From contig CAVOYH010000003.1 in assembly GCA_963700635.1 (NCBI GenBank), positions 1,600,001 to 1,664,000 of the forward strand: a DNA stretch of 64,000 bases. Direction: 5' to 3'. How positions within the stretch are numbered: position 1 is the first letter of the stretch; each line of letters opens with the position of its first letter. The notes under the pieces are model-generated. The model saw only the letters and a list, made by a program, of their open reading frames with translations. It ran no database searches and was not told the DNA's origin. The DNA is from an uncultured Bacteroidota bacterium. Its GTDB lineage: Bacteria; Bacteroidota; Ignavibacteria; UBA10030; UBA6906. The position numbers and the translations under genes are program-made. Shown piece after piece: positions 40,879-51,012 of the stretch.

Positions 40879-41148
40879 ATGGCGAAGACAAGTTCAAAGC
40901 CCGTCAGAAGAGACGCGAGCGCATGGTGGCCAGAAGTATGCCGCCTGCGCAAGGAGCTGAGGAAAAGGGAGACTATGTCGCGCTGCAGCAGCTGCCGCGC
41001 AATAGCAGTCCGACACGTCTGCACAGTCGGTGCGCGATCTCCGGACGACCGCGCGGGTACCTGCGCAAGTTTGGCATCTCCCGCATCGCCTTTCGGGATC
41101 TGGCCCTCGATGGCAAGATCCCCGGCGTCACGCAAGGCGAGCTGGTAA
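40879..41148 (+). CDS. rpsN: 30S ribosomal protein S14, long Zn-independent type (frameshifted)
   Basis: [28 protein letters not shown]. Confidence 0.9.
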   Translation: MAKTSSKPVRRDASAWWPEVCRLRKELRKRETMSRCSSCRAIAVRHVCTVGARSPDDRAGTCASLASPASPFGIWPSMARSPASRKASW

Positions 41149-41193
41149 GAAGGGACGAACAACCTTCATCGCGTGAGACGCAGGAGATGTACC

Positions 41194-41593
41194 ATGACAA
41201 TGACCGACCCCGATTGCCGACTATCTGACACGGTACGCAACGCCCTCCAGCGCGAGGCACAAACGCGTGGACATGCCCGGCATCGAATCTGAAGCGTGAG
41301 CTGACGAAAGCGTTGCTGGCGACCAAGAATTACGTCGCAGGCTTCACGGAGTTCAAGGAATCGGCCCAGGGCGTGATCCGCATCCAGCTGAAGTACCACG
41401 ACGCCCGCCGGTGATTGCCGGACTGAAGCGCGTCAGCAGGCCGGGACTCCGGAACTATTCGTCGGATCCGGGGCAAGTTCCGCGCGTGTTGGGCGGCCTC
41501 GGAATCGCGTCGTCTCCACCTCCCGGGGTTTGATGACCGACGGCAGGCCCGGCAGCCCAAGTCGGTGGCGAAGTGCTCTGCGAGATCTGGTAA
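41194..41593 (+). CDS. rpsH: 30S ribosomal protein S8 (frameshifted)
   Basis: [27 protein letters not shown]. Confidence 0.9.
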
Positions 41594-41611
41594 GGAAGGA
41601 GAGACTCACAC

Positions 41612-42176
41612 GTGTCACGAGTTGGAAAGAAGCCCATCGAAGTCGCCTCGGGAGTCTCGGTCAGACTGCACCGAGCATCAACAGGTCACGGTGACGGGCC
41701 CCAAAGGGCGAGCTCTCGGCGCTAGGTCCACCGCCATCACTGTGCAGATGAAGTGACTCGACGGTCCAGGTTCTGGCGAACCGGCCCATGATCAGAAGGA
41801 GCACCGGGCGCTCCACGGTCTCTGGCGGGCACTGCTCCAGAACATGATGCAGCGGTGTCACCGACGGGATACAACGGAAGCTCGAACTCGTAGGCGTCGG
41901 CTACCGTGCGGAGTTGAAGGGGTAAAGCACTCCAGCTCCTTCTCGGGTACTCGCATCCGATTCTTTTCAAACCGCCCTCAGGGATCAAGATTGAAGCACC
42001 CACCCAGACGAGCGATCGTCGATCAGCGGAATCGACAAACAGCTGGTGGGGCAGGTGGCGGCCAAGATCCGGTCCTTCCGGCCCCCCGAACCGTACAAGG
42101 GGAAAGGTGTCAAGTACGAAGGCGAGTACATCCGCCGCAAGGCCGGCAAGGCCGCAGCCAGGTGGCGAAGACATAA
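41612..42176 (+). CDS. rplF: 50S ribosomal protein L6 (frameshifted)
   Basis: [18 protein letters not shown]. Confidence 0.9.
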
Positions 42177-42189
42177 GGAGTGATGGCAT

Positions 42190-42568
42190 ATGATACGATC
42201 AACCAAGAAAGGTTTGAAGCGCAAGCGACTCAAGCGGCATATCCGCCTGACGATCTCCGGTACCTCCGAGCGACCCCGGCTGACGGTGTTTCGAAGCCTC
42301 ACGGCACCTCTACACGCAGATCATCGACGACTCGACGGCGGACGACGCTCGTGGCGGCCTCCGATCTCGTCAAGGACGTTGCAAGGAGGAGTTTCAAGGC
42401 GCCGGGAACCAGAGAGAGCTCGGGAAAAAGCTTGGAGCTCGCTGACGGCCACGCCTGGCGAAGGAAAAGAATATCACGCAGGTGGTCTTCGACCGAAATG
42501 GGTATCTCTATCACGGCGTCGTCAAGGCCGTCGCGGACGGGGCCCGCGAGGGAGGACTCAAGTTCTGA
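42190..42568 (+). CDS. rplR: 50S ribosomal protein L18 (frameshifted)
   Basis: [29 protein letters not shown]. Confidence 0.9.
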
Positions 42569-42610
42569 GCCGGTCTGACCCGCAGCGTTCGAACGGGACT
42601 CTTTCCGATG

Positions 42611-42681
42611 TGTCGGGTCGTCTAATGGCAGGACAGCGGCCTTTGGAGCCGTGAGTAGAGGTTCGAATCCTCTCCCGACAG
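42611..42681 (+). tRNA. tRNA-Gln(TTG) between rplR and rpsE
   Basis: TGTCGGG/CCCGACA acceptor, anticodon arm GCGGC-CTTTGGA-GCCGT, T-arm AGAGG-TTCGAAT-CCTCT. Confidence 0.92.
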
Positions 42682-42732
42682 CAAAGCCGACGCAGAGTCG
42701 AATACCAGAACGATGACAACAGAGGACACATC

Positions 42733-43293
42733 GTGGCACGAATAAAGGCAAGTGAGCTCGAGCTCAAAGACAAGCTGGTCCACATCAATCGCGTCGCCAA
42801 GGTGGTCAAGGGCGGCCGGCGCTTCAGCTTCAATGCGATCGTTGTCGTGGGCGACGGCAAGGGTCACGTCGGCGTCGGCCTTGGCAAGGCCAATGAAGTA
42901 GCCGATGCGATCTCCAAGGGCGTCGACGACGCGAAGAAGAATGTCGTTCGAGATCCCTCTGATCGAGGGGACCATTCCCCAGCCTGTCATTGGGAAGTTC
43001 GGCGCGGGCGGGTGATGTTGAAGCCGGCCTCACCCGGCACGGGGCTGATTGCCGGCGGTGGGGTTCGGGCTGTCCTGGAGTCTGCCGGGGTTCGAGACGT
43101 GCTGACGAAATCGATCGGCTCATCAAATCCCGCACAACGTGGTGAAGGCCACGATGGCGGCATTGCTGAAGCTAGTCAGCGCCCGAAGCGTTGCTCAGAG
43201 GCGCGGGATGAGCCTTGGCGAGGCGTTCGGGCCGAAGCCTCCGGCTCCCGCAGCCACGGAGACTCTAACCCCGTAACGGCGGGACCACTCTAG
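42733..43293 (+). CDS. rpsE: 30S ribosomal protein S5 (frameshifted; end approximate)
   Basis: [22 protein letters not shown]. Confidence 0.93.
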   Translation: MARIKASELELKDKLVHINRVAKVVKGGRRFSFNAIVVVGDGKGHVGVGLGKANEVADAISKGVDDAKKNVVRDPSDRGDHSPACHWEVRRGRVMLKPASPGTGLIAGGGVRAVLESAGVRDVLTKSIGSSNPAQRGEGHDGGIAEASQRPKRCSEARDEPWRGVRAEASGSRSHGDSNPVTAGPL

Positions 43294-43337
43294 CAGCCAC
43301 TCGAGCAGCTCGATGTGAGGTGGCAAGGAATAATGAT

Positions 43338-43524
43338 ATGGCAAAGCAGTTGAAGATTACACAGATACGCGAAGCGTCATCGATCGCCTGGAGGCCACAG
43401 AAGCGCACCATCAAGGCACTTGGCCTTGGCAGGCCGAACTACGCGTCGTCAAGGACGACACCCCTCAGATTCGCGGGATGATCCGCAGGGTGGTGCACCT
43501 GGTGAAACGTTGAAGGAAGGCTGA
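43338..43524 (+). CDS. rpmD: 50S ribosomal protein L30 (frameshifted)
   Basis: LKITQIR, QKRTIKALGL, TPQIRGMI. Confidence 0.85.
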
Positions 43525-43545
43525 ATCTCAGGAAAGAGTGGCAAC

Positions 43546-44034
43546 ATGGCACGGATATCCTCAGCAACACTGAATCCGGCCCCGGGCTCCACGCGCAAGC
43601 GCAAACGGATCGGTCGCGGCCAGGGCTCCGGTCACGGCGGAACCTCCACACGCGGCCACAAGGGTGCCGGTGTCGCGGTCGGAACGACCTATAGCCCGCC
43701 GTTTGAAGGCGGCCAGATGCCGTCTGGTGCGCCGAGTTCCCAAGCGAGGATTTCACAGTCCATTCCGGGTCACGGTCTATGAGGTCGTCAACCTGTCGAA
43801 CGCCTCGAGAAGCTCGCGGCCGCCGGAAAACTCCAGGACGGCGTCGTCACCCCCGAGGTGCTTGCCCGACTGGGGTGACTCAAGACCGAAAGCGCCCGTC
43901 AAGGTGCTCGGCACCGGGGACGCTCACGGCGCAAGCTGATGGTGTCCGCCCATGCATTCAGCAAATCCGCCGTGGAGAAAGATCGAGACCGCCGGCGGCA
44001 AGGCCCAAACTGTCAGCGCAATCGCAACGACTAA
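43546..44034 (+). CDS. rplO: 50S ribosomal protein L15 (frameshifted)
   Basis: [25 protein letters not shown]. Confidence 0.92.
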
Positions 44035-45373
44035 TGGCACGACTAAGCGAATAGTTTCGCAATATCTTCAAGATCCAGGAACTCAGCGGCCGCGGCATCC
44101 TGTTTACCGCGGCGCTCTTGCTGGTGGTGGTGCGCGTGGGAGCACACGTTACGCTTCCCGGGCGTCGATGCGCCATCTGCTGGCGCAGGCCGCAGGCGAA
44201 CCAGGCGGCCAACACGCTCTTCGGCTTGTACGACCTCTTCGTCGGCGGTGCCTTCTCCAATGCGGCCGATCTTCGCCCTGGGCATCATGCCGTATATCAG
44301 CGCATCGATCATCTTCAGCTCTTGGGCGCGGTGGTTCCGTATTTCCAGAAGCTTTCGAAGGAAGGCGAAGAAGGGCGCAAGAAGCTCACGCAGCTGACCC
44401 GGTACGGGACAGTGCTCGTGTCGGCACTGCAGGCGTGGGGTGTGAGCGTGCGGCTGACCAGTCTTACCGTCGAAGGGCAGCCGATCGTCCCGGTCGAAAT
44501 CCAGGGCTTTGGATTTGCCCTTCGGCACAATCATCTTCCTGACATCCGGAACGATGTTCATGATGTGGCTCGGCGAGCAGATTACGGAACGGGGAATCGG
44601 GAACGGTATCTCGCTGATCATCTTCATCGGCATCATCGCGCGGTTCCCCCACTCGATCATCGACCAGTTTCGCGTCAGCCAGAATCTCATCATCGGCCTG
44701 ATTATCATCGCCGTCAATGCGTCCGATCGTCGCCGGCGTTGTCCTGGTCACGCAGGGAACTCGCCGCATTCCGGTCCAGTATGCGAAGCGTGTCGTCGGC
44801 CGGAAGGTCTATGGCGGGGTCACCCAGTACATTCCGCTTGCGCGTCAATACTGCGGGCGTCATGCCGATCATCTTTGCGCAGTCGATCATGTTCATCCCG
44901 AGCACGATCCTTACGTTCTTCCCCGACAGCGAGTTCATGCAGAGACTCTCGGGCTATCTCTCAGTACACGTCCTTCACGTATTCGCTGATCTACGGTCTT
45001 ATGATCGTGTTCTTCACGTATTTCTATACGGCCATTGCCTTCAACCCGAAGGATGTTTCGGAGAACATGCAGAAGCAGGGCGGGTTTATTCCCGGGATCC
45101 GACCCGGCAAGCACACGTCGGACTTTATCGACAACATTCTGACCAAAATCACCTTGCCGGGATCGATCTTTCTGGCGATCATCGCCATTCTGCCCGGCGT
45201 TCGTGTCCCGTTCGGGGTCACGCCGAGCTTCGCGCAGTTTTTCGGCGGCACGAGCCTTCTGATTATGGTCGGTGTCGCACTGGATACGCTTCAGCAGGTG
45301 GAGTCGCATCTGTTGATGCGGCACTATGATGGATTCATGAAATCGGGCAAGCATCGAGGGGCGCAACCGCTAA
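44034..45373 (+). CDS. secY: Preprotein translocase SecY (frameshifted)
   Basis: GEQITERGIGNGISLIIF, AGVMPIIFA, FGGTSLLI. Confidence 0.95.
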
Positions 45374-45385
45374 CGGTCCGCGATC

Positions 45386-46184
45386 ATGGGAGCGATTCCG
45401 CTAAAGTCGCCGGATGAGCTCCAACGGATGCGCGAAAGCAGCAGAATTGTTGGTGAGGTTCTCGCGCTGATGGCGGAAGTCGGATCCAGGCCCGGGGTGA
45501 CGACACAGCGAGCTTGATGAGATGGCGGAAGGGTATATCCGGAGCACAGGGCGGTATTCCTGCATTCAAAGGGTATGGGCCGGACAAGAGGAATACGTTT
45601 CCGGCAACGCTCTGTGTGTCCATTGACGATGAGGTCGTCCACGGAATTCCCGGACGGACGGCGGCTGGAAGAATGCACAGATTGTGTCCGTCGATGTCGG
45701 AGTGAAGAAGGATGGATTTTTCGGCGACGGTGCACGCACGTATGGCGTCGGTCGCATCTCGGACGAGAAGCAGCGGTTGCTCCGCGTCACGGAAGAAGCG
45801 CTGTACGAGGGGATCCGGCAGGCACGGGCAGGGAATCACCTCCACGACATCTCCGCAGCGGTCCAGCGGCATGTCGAAGCCGCAGGGTTCTCTGTCGTGC
45901 GGGACCTCGTCGGTCACGGCATCGGAAAGAGTCTGCATGAGGATCCGGCCGTGCCGAACTACGGGACACCGGGAACAGGAATGATATTGAAAAAAGACAT
46001 GACGTTTGCAATCGAACCCATGGTTAATGCGGGGACACATGTCGTACGGCTCGATGATGATGGTTGGACGGTCAGGACTGCGGATGGACATCCGTCGGCG
46101 CATTTCGAGCATACGGTGGCAATCACGCAGGATGAACCTGAGATCCTGACACTGCATGGCGAAACAAGGTCCCATAAAAGTTGA
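45386..46184 (+). CDS. map: Type I methionine aminopeptidase (frameshifted at 5' end)
   Basis: [28 protein letters not shown]. Confidence 0.93.
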
Positions 46185-46374
46185 CGGCGTGATCACCGAG
46201 ACACTGCCCAACGCGATGTTCAAGGTGAGCCTGGAAGGCGGGCATTCCATTCTTGCCCATATTTCCGGCAAGATGCGGATGAACTTTATCAAGATTCTGG
46301 TTGGAGACAAGGTGACGGTGGAACTGTCTCCGTACGACTTGACAAAGGGACGCATCACGTACAGGTACAAATAA
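46156..46374 (+). CDS. infA: Translation initiation factor IF-1
   Basis: [17 protein letters not shown]. Confidence 0.97.
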   Translation: MAKQGPIKVDGVITETLPNAMFKVSLEGGHSILAHISGKMRMNFIKILVGDKVTVELSPYDLTKGRITYRYK

Positions 46375-46392
46375 GGACGGAGCGGTCAGAGC

Positions 46393-46506
46393 ATGAAAGT
46401 TCGGTCATCCATCAAGAAAATATGCCGGAACTGCAAAATTATCCGTCGGAAGGGTGTGGTGCGTGTGATTTGCACCAATCCGAAGCACAAACAGCGTCAA
46501 GGGTAA
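46393..46506 (+). CDS. rpmJ: 50S ribosomal protein L36
   Basis: Manual translation [37 protein letters not shown]. Confidence 0.97.
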   Translation: MKVRSSIKKICRNCKIIRRKGVVRVICTNPKHKQRQG

Positions 46507-46518
46507 AGGAGAACAGGC

Positions 46519-46902
46519 GTGGCACGAATAGCGGGAATTGACCTGCCCAAGAAGAAGCGCGCGGAAGTCGGGCTGACGTACATCACCGGTCTTGGCCGCA
46601 CGTCGGCACGCGCCATCCTGGCGCGGGCGGGCGTGGACGTCAACAAGAAGATCGGTGATCTGGATGACGATGAGGTGCAGCGGATCCGCGGCATCATCAC
46701 GGCCGACTACAAGGTCGAAGGTGCGCTCCGCAGCGAAGTGCAGATGAACATCAAACGGTTGATGGACATCGGCTGCTATCGCGGGATCCGTCACCGCCGC
46801 GGTTTGCCTGCGCGTGGCCAGCGGACACGGACGAATGCCCGTACCCGGAAGGGCCGCAGGAAGACCGTCGCCGGCAAGAAGAAGGTCGCGGCGAAGACCT
46901 AA
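46519..46902 (+). CDS. rpsM: 30S ribosomal protein S13
   Basis: [20 protein letters not shown]. Confidence 0.97.
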   Translation: MARIAGIDLPKKKRAEVGLTYITGLGRTSARAILARAGVDVNKKIGDLDDDEVQRIRGIITADYKVEGALRSEVQMNIKRLMDIGCYRGIRHRRGLPARGQRTRTNARTRKGRRKTVAGKKKVAAKT

Positions 46903-46930
46903 GAAGAACATTCACGACACGGAGGCAGGT

Positions 46931-47344
46931 GTGGCAAAGTCCAGCCAGCAGGGCGGATCAAAGGCGGATGGTGTCCGCAAGAAAAAGAAGATCCAGGTTG
47001 ATGTCAGCGGGAAGGTGTTCGTCAAGGCGACGTTCAACAACGTCATTGTGACCATCACCGATGTCTATGGCAACACGATCAGCTGGTCTTCTGCCGGAAA
47101 GAACGGTTTCAAGGGGTCGCGCAAGAATACCCCCTTTGCTGCCCAGGTGTCCGCCGAAGCCGCCGCCAAGACAGCCCATGATATGGGTTTGCGCAAGGTT
47201 GATGTGTTTGTTAAAGGCCCCGGGTCAGGCCGCGAAGCGGCGATCAGGGCACTTCAGACCGCGGGCCTGGAAATCGGCAGTATCCGGGACGTAACGCCGA
47301 TCCCACACAACGGATGCCGGCCCCCCAAGAGACGCAGAGTATAA
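46931..47344 (+). CDS. rpsK: 30S ribosomal protein S11
   Basis: [18 protein letters not shown]. Confidence 0.97.
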   Translation: MAKSSQQGGSKADGVRKKKKIQVDVSGKVFVKATFNNVIVTITDVYGNTISWSSAGKNGFKGSRKNTPFAAQVSAEAAAKTAHDMGLRKVDVFVKGPGSGREAAIRALQTAGLEIGSIRDVTPIPHNGCRPPKRRRV

Positions 47345-47360
47345 CGCAGGAAGGACGTCA

Positions 47361-47990
47361 ATGGCAAGATATACCGATCCCAGTTGCAGGTTGTGCCGCC
47401 GTGAGCGGCAGAAGCTCTTCCTGAAAGGGACGAAGTGTTTTACCGAGAAGTGCCCCGTGGAACGCCGCGGCTACCCCCCGGGGCAGCACGGGCAGTCGCG
47501 CCGGACAAAAGTCTCCGAATACGGTTTGCAGCTTCGGGAGAAGCAAAAGGTCCGGAGGATGTACGGGCTGCAGGAGACCCAGTTCCGGAACACATTCACC
47601 AAAGCGCTGAAGCAGACCGGACGGACGGGAGAGACGCTAGTCAAGCTGCTGGAACGCCGCTTTGACAATGTGGTTTACCGGCTCGGCTTCGCCGCGTCGC
47701 GCAAGGCCGCCCGCCAGTTGATCGTCCATGGACACTTCATGGTGAACAACAGGGCGGTGGATATTCCGTCGTACCTTCTCCGGGCCGGCGACACTGTCCA
47801 GGTGCGCGACAAGAGCAAGAAACTCGAAGTCCTGCATGCGTCCATGAAGCGCATGAAAGATACCGCCATGTTACCGTGGCTCAGCCTTGACAAGGCCGCG
47901 ATGGCAGGCACGTTCCTGAATATTCCCGAACGCGCCGATATACCCCTGAACGCCGACGAACAGTTAATCGTCGAATTGTATTCGAAGTAA
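47361..47990 (+). CDS. rpsD: 30S ribosomal protein S4 (Zn-type)
   Basis: CRLCRRE..KC...KC, IVELYSK. Confidence 0.97.
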   Translation: MARYTDPSCRLCRRERQKLFLKGTKCFTEKCPVERRGYPPGQHGQSRRTKVSEYGLQLREKQKVRRMYGLQETQFRNTFTKALKQTGRTGETLVKLLERRFDNVVYRLGFAASRKAARQLIVHGHFMVNNRAVDIPSYLLRAGDTVQVRDKSKKLEVLHASMKRMKDTAMLPWLSLDKAAMAGTFLNIPERADIPLNADEQLIVELYSK

Positions 47991-48017
47991 GTGACAGTCA
48001 GAGAGGGTGACAACGCC

Positions 48018-49004
48018 ATGACCATCGGAACAATCCAGATGCCGGACAAGATACACCTGGACGAGGCGACGCACTCCCCGACCTTCGGGCGCTTCATCGT
48101 CCAGCCCCTCGAAAAGGGGTTCGGTGTGACGATCGGCAACTCCATGCGGCGCGTCCTGCTCTCCGCGCTGCCGGGCTATGCGATCACCGCGTTTCGCGTT
48201 GATGGCGTCGCCCATGAGTTTTCAACAATCCCGGGCGTGGTGGAGGATGTACCGGACATCGTGCTGAACCTGAAACAGGTCCGGATGAAGATGATCAACA
48301 AGAAAACCAACCGGGTGGTGGTGGCACTCAAAGGGCCTATGGACGTAACGGCCGCGGAGATCCAGAAGGCCTCCCCCGACATCGAGATCCTGAATTCATC
48401 GCTGCATATCGCCACATTGAACGCGGACGCCAATTTCGAATTGGAGCTGCGGATCGGTCGGGGTGTCGGCTACGTCGTCGCGGAAGAGAACAAGGCGCCG
48501 GATCAGCCTCTGGGGCTGATCCCGATCGATGCAGTGTTCACACCCATCACCAACGTGCGCTACAATGTGGAAACAACCCGTGTCGGCCAGCAAACGGACT
48601 ATGAGAAACTGGCTCTCGACGTCGACACCGACGGATCGGTCACACCCGAAGATGCGCTTGCCTTTGCGGGAAAGATTCTGCGTGATCACATCCAGCTCTT
48701 CATCAACTTTGACGTCGAGCCGGAAGCTCCCAAAGAGGAGTCTGCCCAGGATGCGGAATTCCAGCGCGTCCGCAAGGTGCTTCTGACGCCGGTTGACGAG
48801 CTGGAGCTCTCGGTCCGCTCGCACAACTGCCTGCGTGCTGCCAACATCAAGACCATTGCCGACCTTGTCCGCCGCGAAGAAGCCGAGCTCCTGAAATTCC
48901 GGAATTTCGGGCGGAAGTCCCTCGCAGAGCTGTCTGAGATTATAGAAGCGGAGAAGTTGACGTTCGGGATGGACGTCGACAGGTACCTTAAAGAGAATGA
49001 ATGA
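48018..49004 (+). CDS. rpoA: RNA polymerase alpha subunit
   Basis: PLEKGFGVTIGNSMRRVLLS, LSVRSHNCL, NFGRKSL. Confidence 0.97.
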   Translation: MTIGTIQMPDKIHLDEATHSPTFGRFIVQPLEKGFGVTIGNSMRRVLLSALPGYAITAFRVDGVAHEFSTIPGVVEDVPDIVLNLKQVRMKMINKKTNRVVVALKGPMDVTAAEIQKASPDIEILNSSLHIATLNADANFELELRIGRGVGYVVAEENKAPDQPLGLIPIDAVFTPITNVRYNVETTRVGQQTDYEKLALDVDTDGSVTPEDALAFAGKILRDHIQLFINFDVEPEAPKEESAQDAEFQRVRKVLLTPVDELELSVRSHNCLRAANIKTIADLVRREEAELLKFRNFGRKSLAELSEIIEAEKLTFGMDVDRYLKENE

Positions 49005-49033
49005 TCGATTGAACGAGAGAGCGGACAACACCT

Positions 49034-49609
49034 ATGCGACATCGTAAAGCAGGCCGGAAACTGAAACGCACGGCGAGCCATCGCCGGGCGACACTGAGCT
49101 CCCTTGCGACGGCATTGCTCCGGCACAAGCGCATCACGACCACCGTTGCAAAGGCCAAAGAAACCCGCCAGGTGGTGGAGAAACTGATCACACGCGCCAG
49201 ACATGCCCGGGCAACAGACACCGCCACGGCCGGACCCGCCGTCTCCGAGCGGTCGAAAAAATTCGTGGAGGCCGGCGGCCATGCACGGCGCGAGGTCGCC
49301 AAGCTCATCAAGGATCGTGCAGTTGTCGCGGAGCTGTTTTCCGGCATCGTTGAAAAGATTGCAGCGCGGCCGGGCGGATACACACGGATTGTGAAGCTCG
49401 GACAGCGGTACGGTGACGCTGCGGAAATGGCCGTGATCGAGCTCGTCGATTTCAATACAGGCCAGGAACCGTCGGCCAAGAAGACCGAAAAACCGGCTAA
49501 GAAAGCCGCCGCCAAACGCAAAAAAACTCCCACGAAGAAGAGCGCAACTGCGACCGCCGCCCCGGCACCGGGGGAGAGCACCGATACGCACCCGGCGTCA
49601 TCACGCTGA
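49034..49609 (+). CDS. rplQ: 50S ribosomal protein L17 with internal insertion and Lys/Ala-rich tail
   Basis: [23 protein letters not shown]. Confidence 0.95.
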   Translation: MRHRKAGRKLKRTASHRRATLSSLATALLRHKRITTTVAKAKETRQVVEKLITRARHARATDTATAGPAVSERSKKFVEAGGHARREVAKLIKDRAVVAELFSGIVEKIAARPGGYTRIVKLGQRYGDAAEMAVIELVDFNTGQEPSAKKTEKPAKKAAAKRKKTPTKKSATATAAPAPGESTDTHPASSR

Positions 49610-49634
49610 ATCCGCAGTCCGGCGCGTGTAGCCC

Positions 49635-50228
49635 ATGAAGATCGTCTCGGCGGAATTTATCCTTGGAGCAGTCAACCTCCGGCAGCTCCCCAAGGAGGGA
49701 CTGAAGGAAATCGCTTTCCTCGGTCGGTCCAACGTTGGGAAATCCTCGTTCATCAACAAGCTCTGTAACCGCAAAGCTCTTGCCCGCCCGAGTGCCGAGC
49801 CAGGCAAAACTCGCGAGATGAACTATTACCTTATCAATGGCGATTTCTTTTTCGTCGATCTGCCGGGATACGGCTATGCCCGTCTACCGGAACAGATCCG
49901 GTCCAGCTGGGGAAAACTCATCGAGCAGTATCTGAAAAGCCGCACACAGCTGTCGCTTGTTCTCCAGCTCGTGGATGCCCGACACCAGCCGACAGAACTC
50001 GACATGATGATGGTGGGATGGCTTGACTACTATCAGATACCGTTCCTGGTTGCGCTGACGAAAGCCGACAAACTCCCCGTCAGTAAGATGCCGCGCATCG
50101 TGCAGGCTGCAAAAGACAAGTTTGCACAGTTTGCGAACTGCCGGGATGTCCTCCCCTTCTCCTCGATAAACGGCCTCGGGAAAGCGGACGTGATGCGCGT
50201 CATTGCGGCGCACCTCTCACGGACCTGA
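49635..50228 (+). CDS. engB: Ribosome biogenesis GTPase YihA/YsxC
   Basis: GRSNVGKSS, DLPGYGYA, TKADK. Confidence 0.95.
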   Translation: MKIVSAEFILGAVNLRQLPKEGLKEIAFLGRSNVGKSSFINKLCNRKALARPSAEPGKTREMNYYLINGDFFFVDLPGYGYARLPEQIRSSWGKLIEQYLKSRTQLSLVLQLVDARHQPTELDMMMVGWLDYYQIPFLVALTKADKLPVSKMPRIVQAAKDKFAQFANCRDVLPFSSINGLGKADVMRVIAAHLSRT

Positions 50229-50606
50229 ACGAAGGGTACGGTACTCCCCACCTGCACGGGATACACCTCATGACGCACCGCTCTTCACGGCCTGACGCCC
50301 CTTGCGTCGGGTGACCCTTTCATCACGACACGACTCTCTTTACACCTTGTCCGACACTGGTGCCCTGAAGCGGCCATTGGATCCATGCGGGTTGCAGGCG
50401 CGGGCCAGTGGTGGGTCTGAACGCTGATCAGGGGAGCTTGTGGGCGTAAGGCGGCCCCGATCTCCGGGGGTGGCCTCACGTGTTGATCCAGGAGGGCAAA
50501 GGTGCGCAATAGGGCTATTTCCCGAGTGGTAACCTCGTTTTTGGACACGGCTGGCGCGTGGAAATTTATATTTGCGACGAATTGGGGCATTTTTTACTTG
50601 AAACAC

Positions 50607-50635
50607 TTGACAAACACAACGCCACTCTTTATATT
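50607..50635 (+). promoter_or_regulatory. Near-consensus sigma70 promoter for the TBDR operon
   Basis: TTGACA-17 bp-TATATT in an AT-rich patch. Confidence 0.7.
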
Positions 50636-51012
50636 TACTCACCACCAACGAATATCCACCCTAACCGCTACAAGATTCTTCTCAACAATTACCGTCCAAA
50701 GGAGGTGACGTAACCGGCATCATTGCTTACGCCTTGTTTCACCATCTCACCGCAACACCCCCATGCTTGTGATCGCGGTTCGGTCACAGCGGTCGCAGGT
50801 GGATTCCTGTTCCCTACACCGTGTGCTGATGCGTGAACACGCGCAAGCTCCGGAGCGTTCATGAGCGGATGTGCTCCGGTTGCGAAGCGTGTTGCCCCGA
50901 GGGGTTCCTCATCGCCGGTGCTTCGTGTTCCTGTTTTCCTGTGATTCAGGGGCGTAGTGATTTGTGCTTTATCTGCTGTCGGTTTTTCAGCCAACACAAG
51001 AGGAGGTAGCAC

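Noticed and set aside
50229-51012. Protein-coding ORFs or a known riboswitch (cobalamin, TPP, c-di-GMP) in the engB-TBDR gap
   Set aside because: ORFs have no recognisable features, and I could not find these riboswitch consensus cores by eye; kept only as an unclassified leader candidate.
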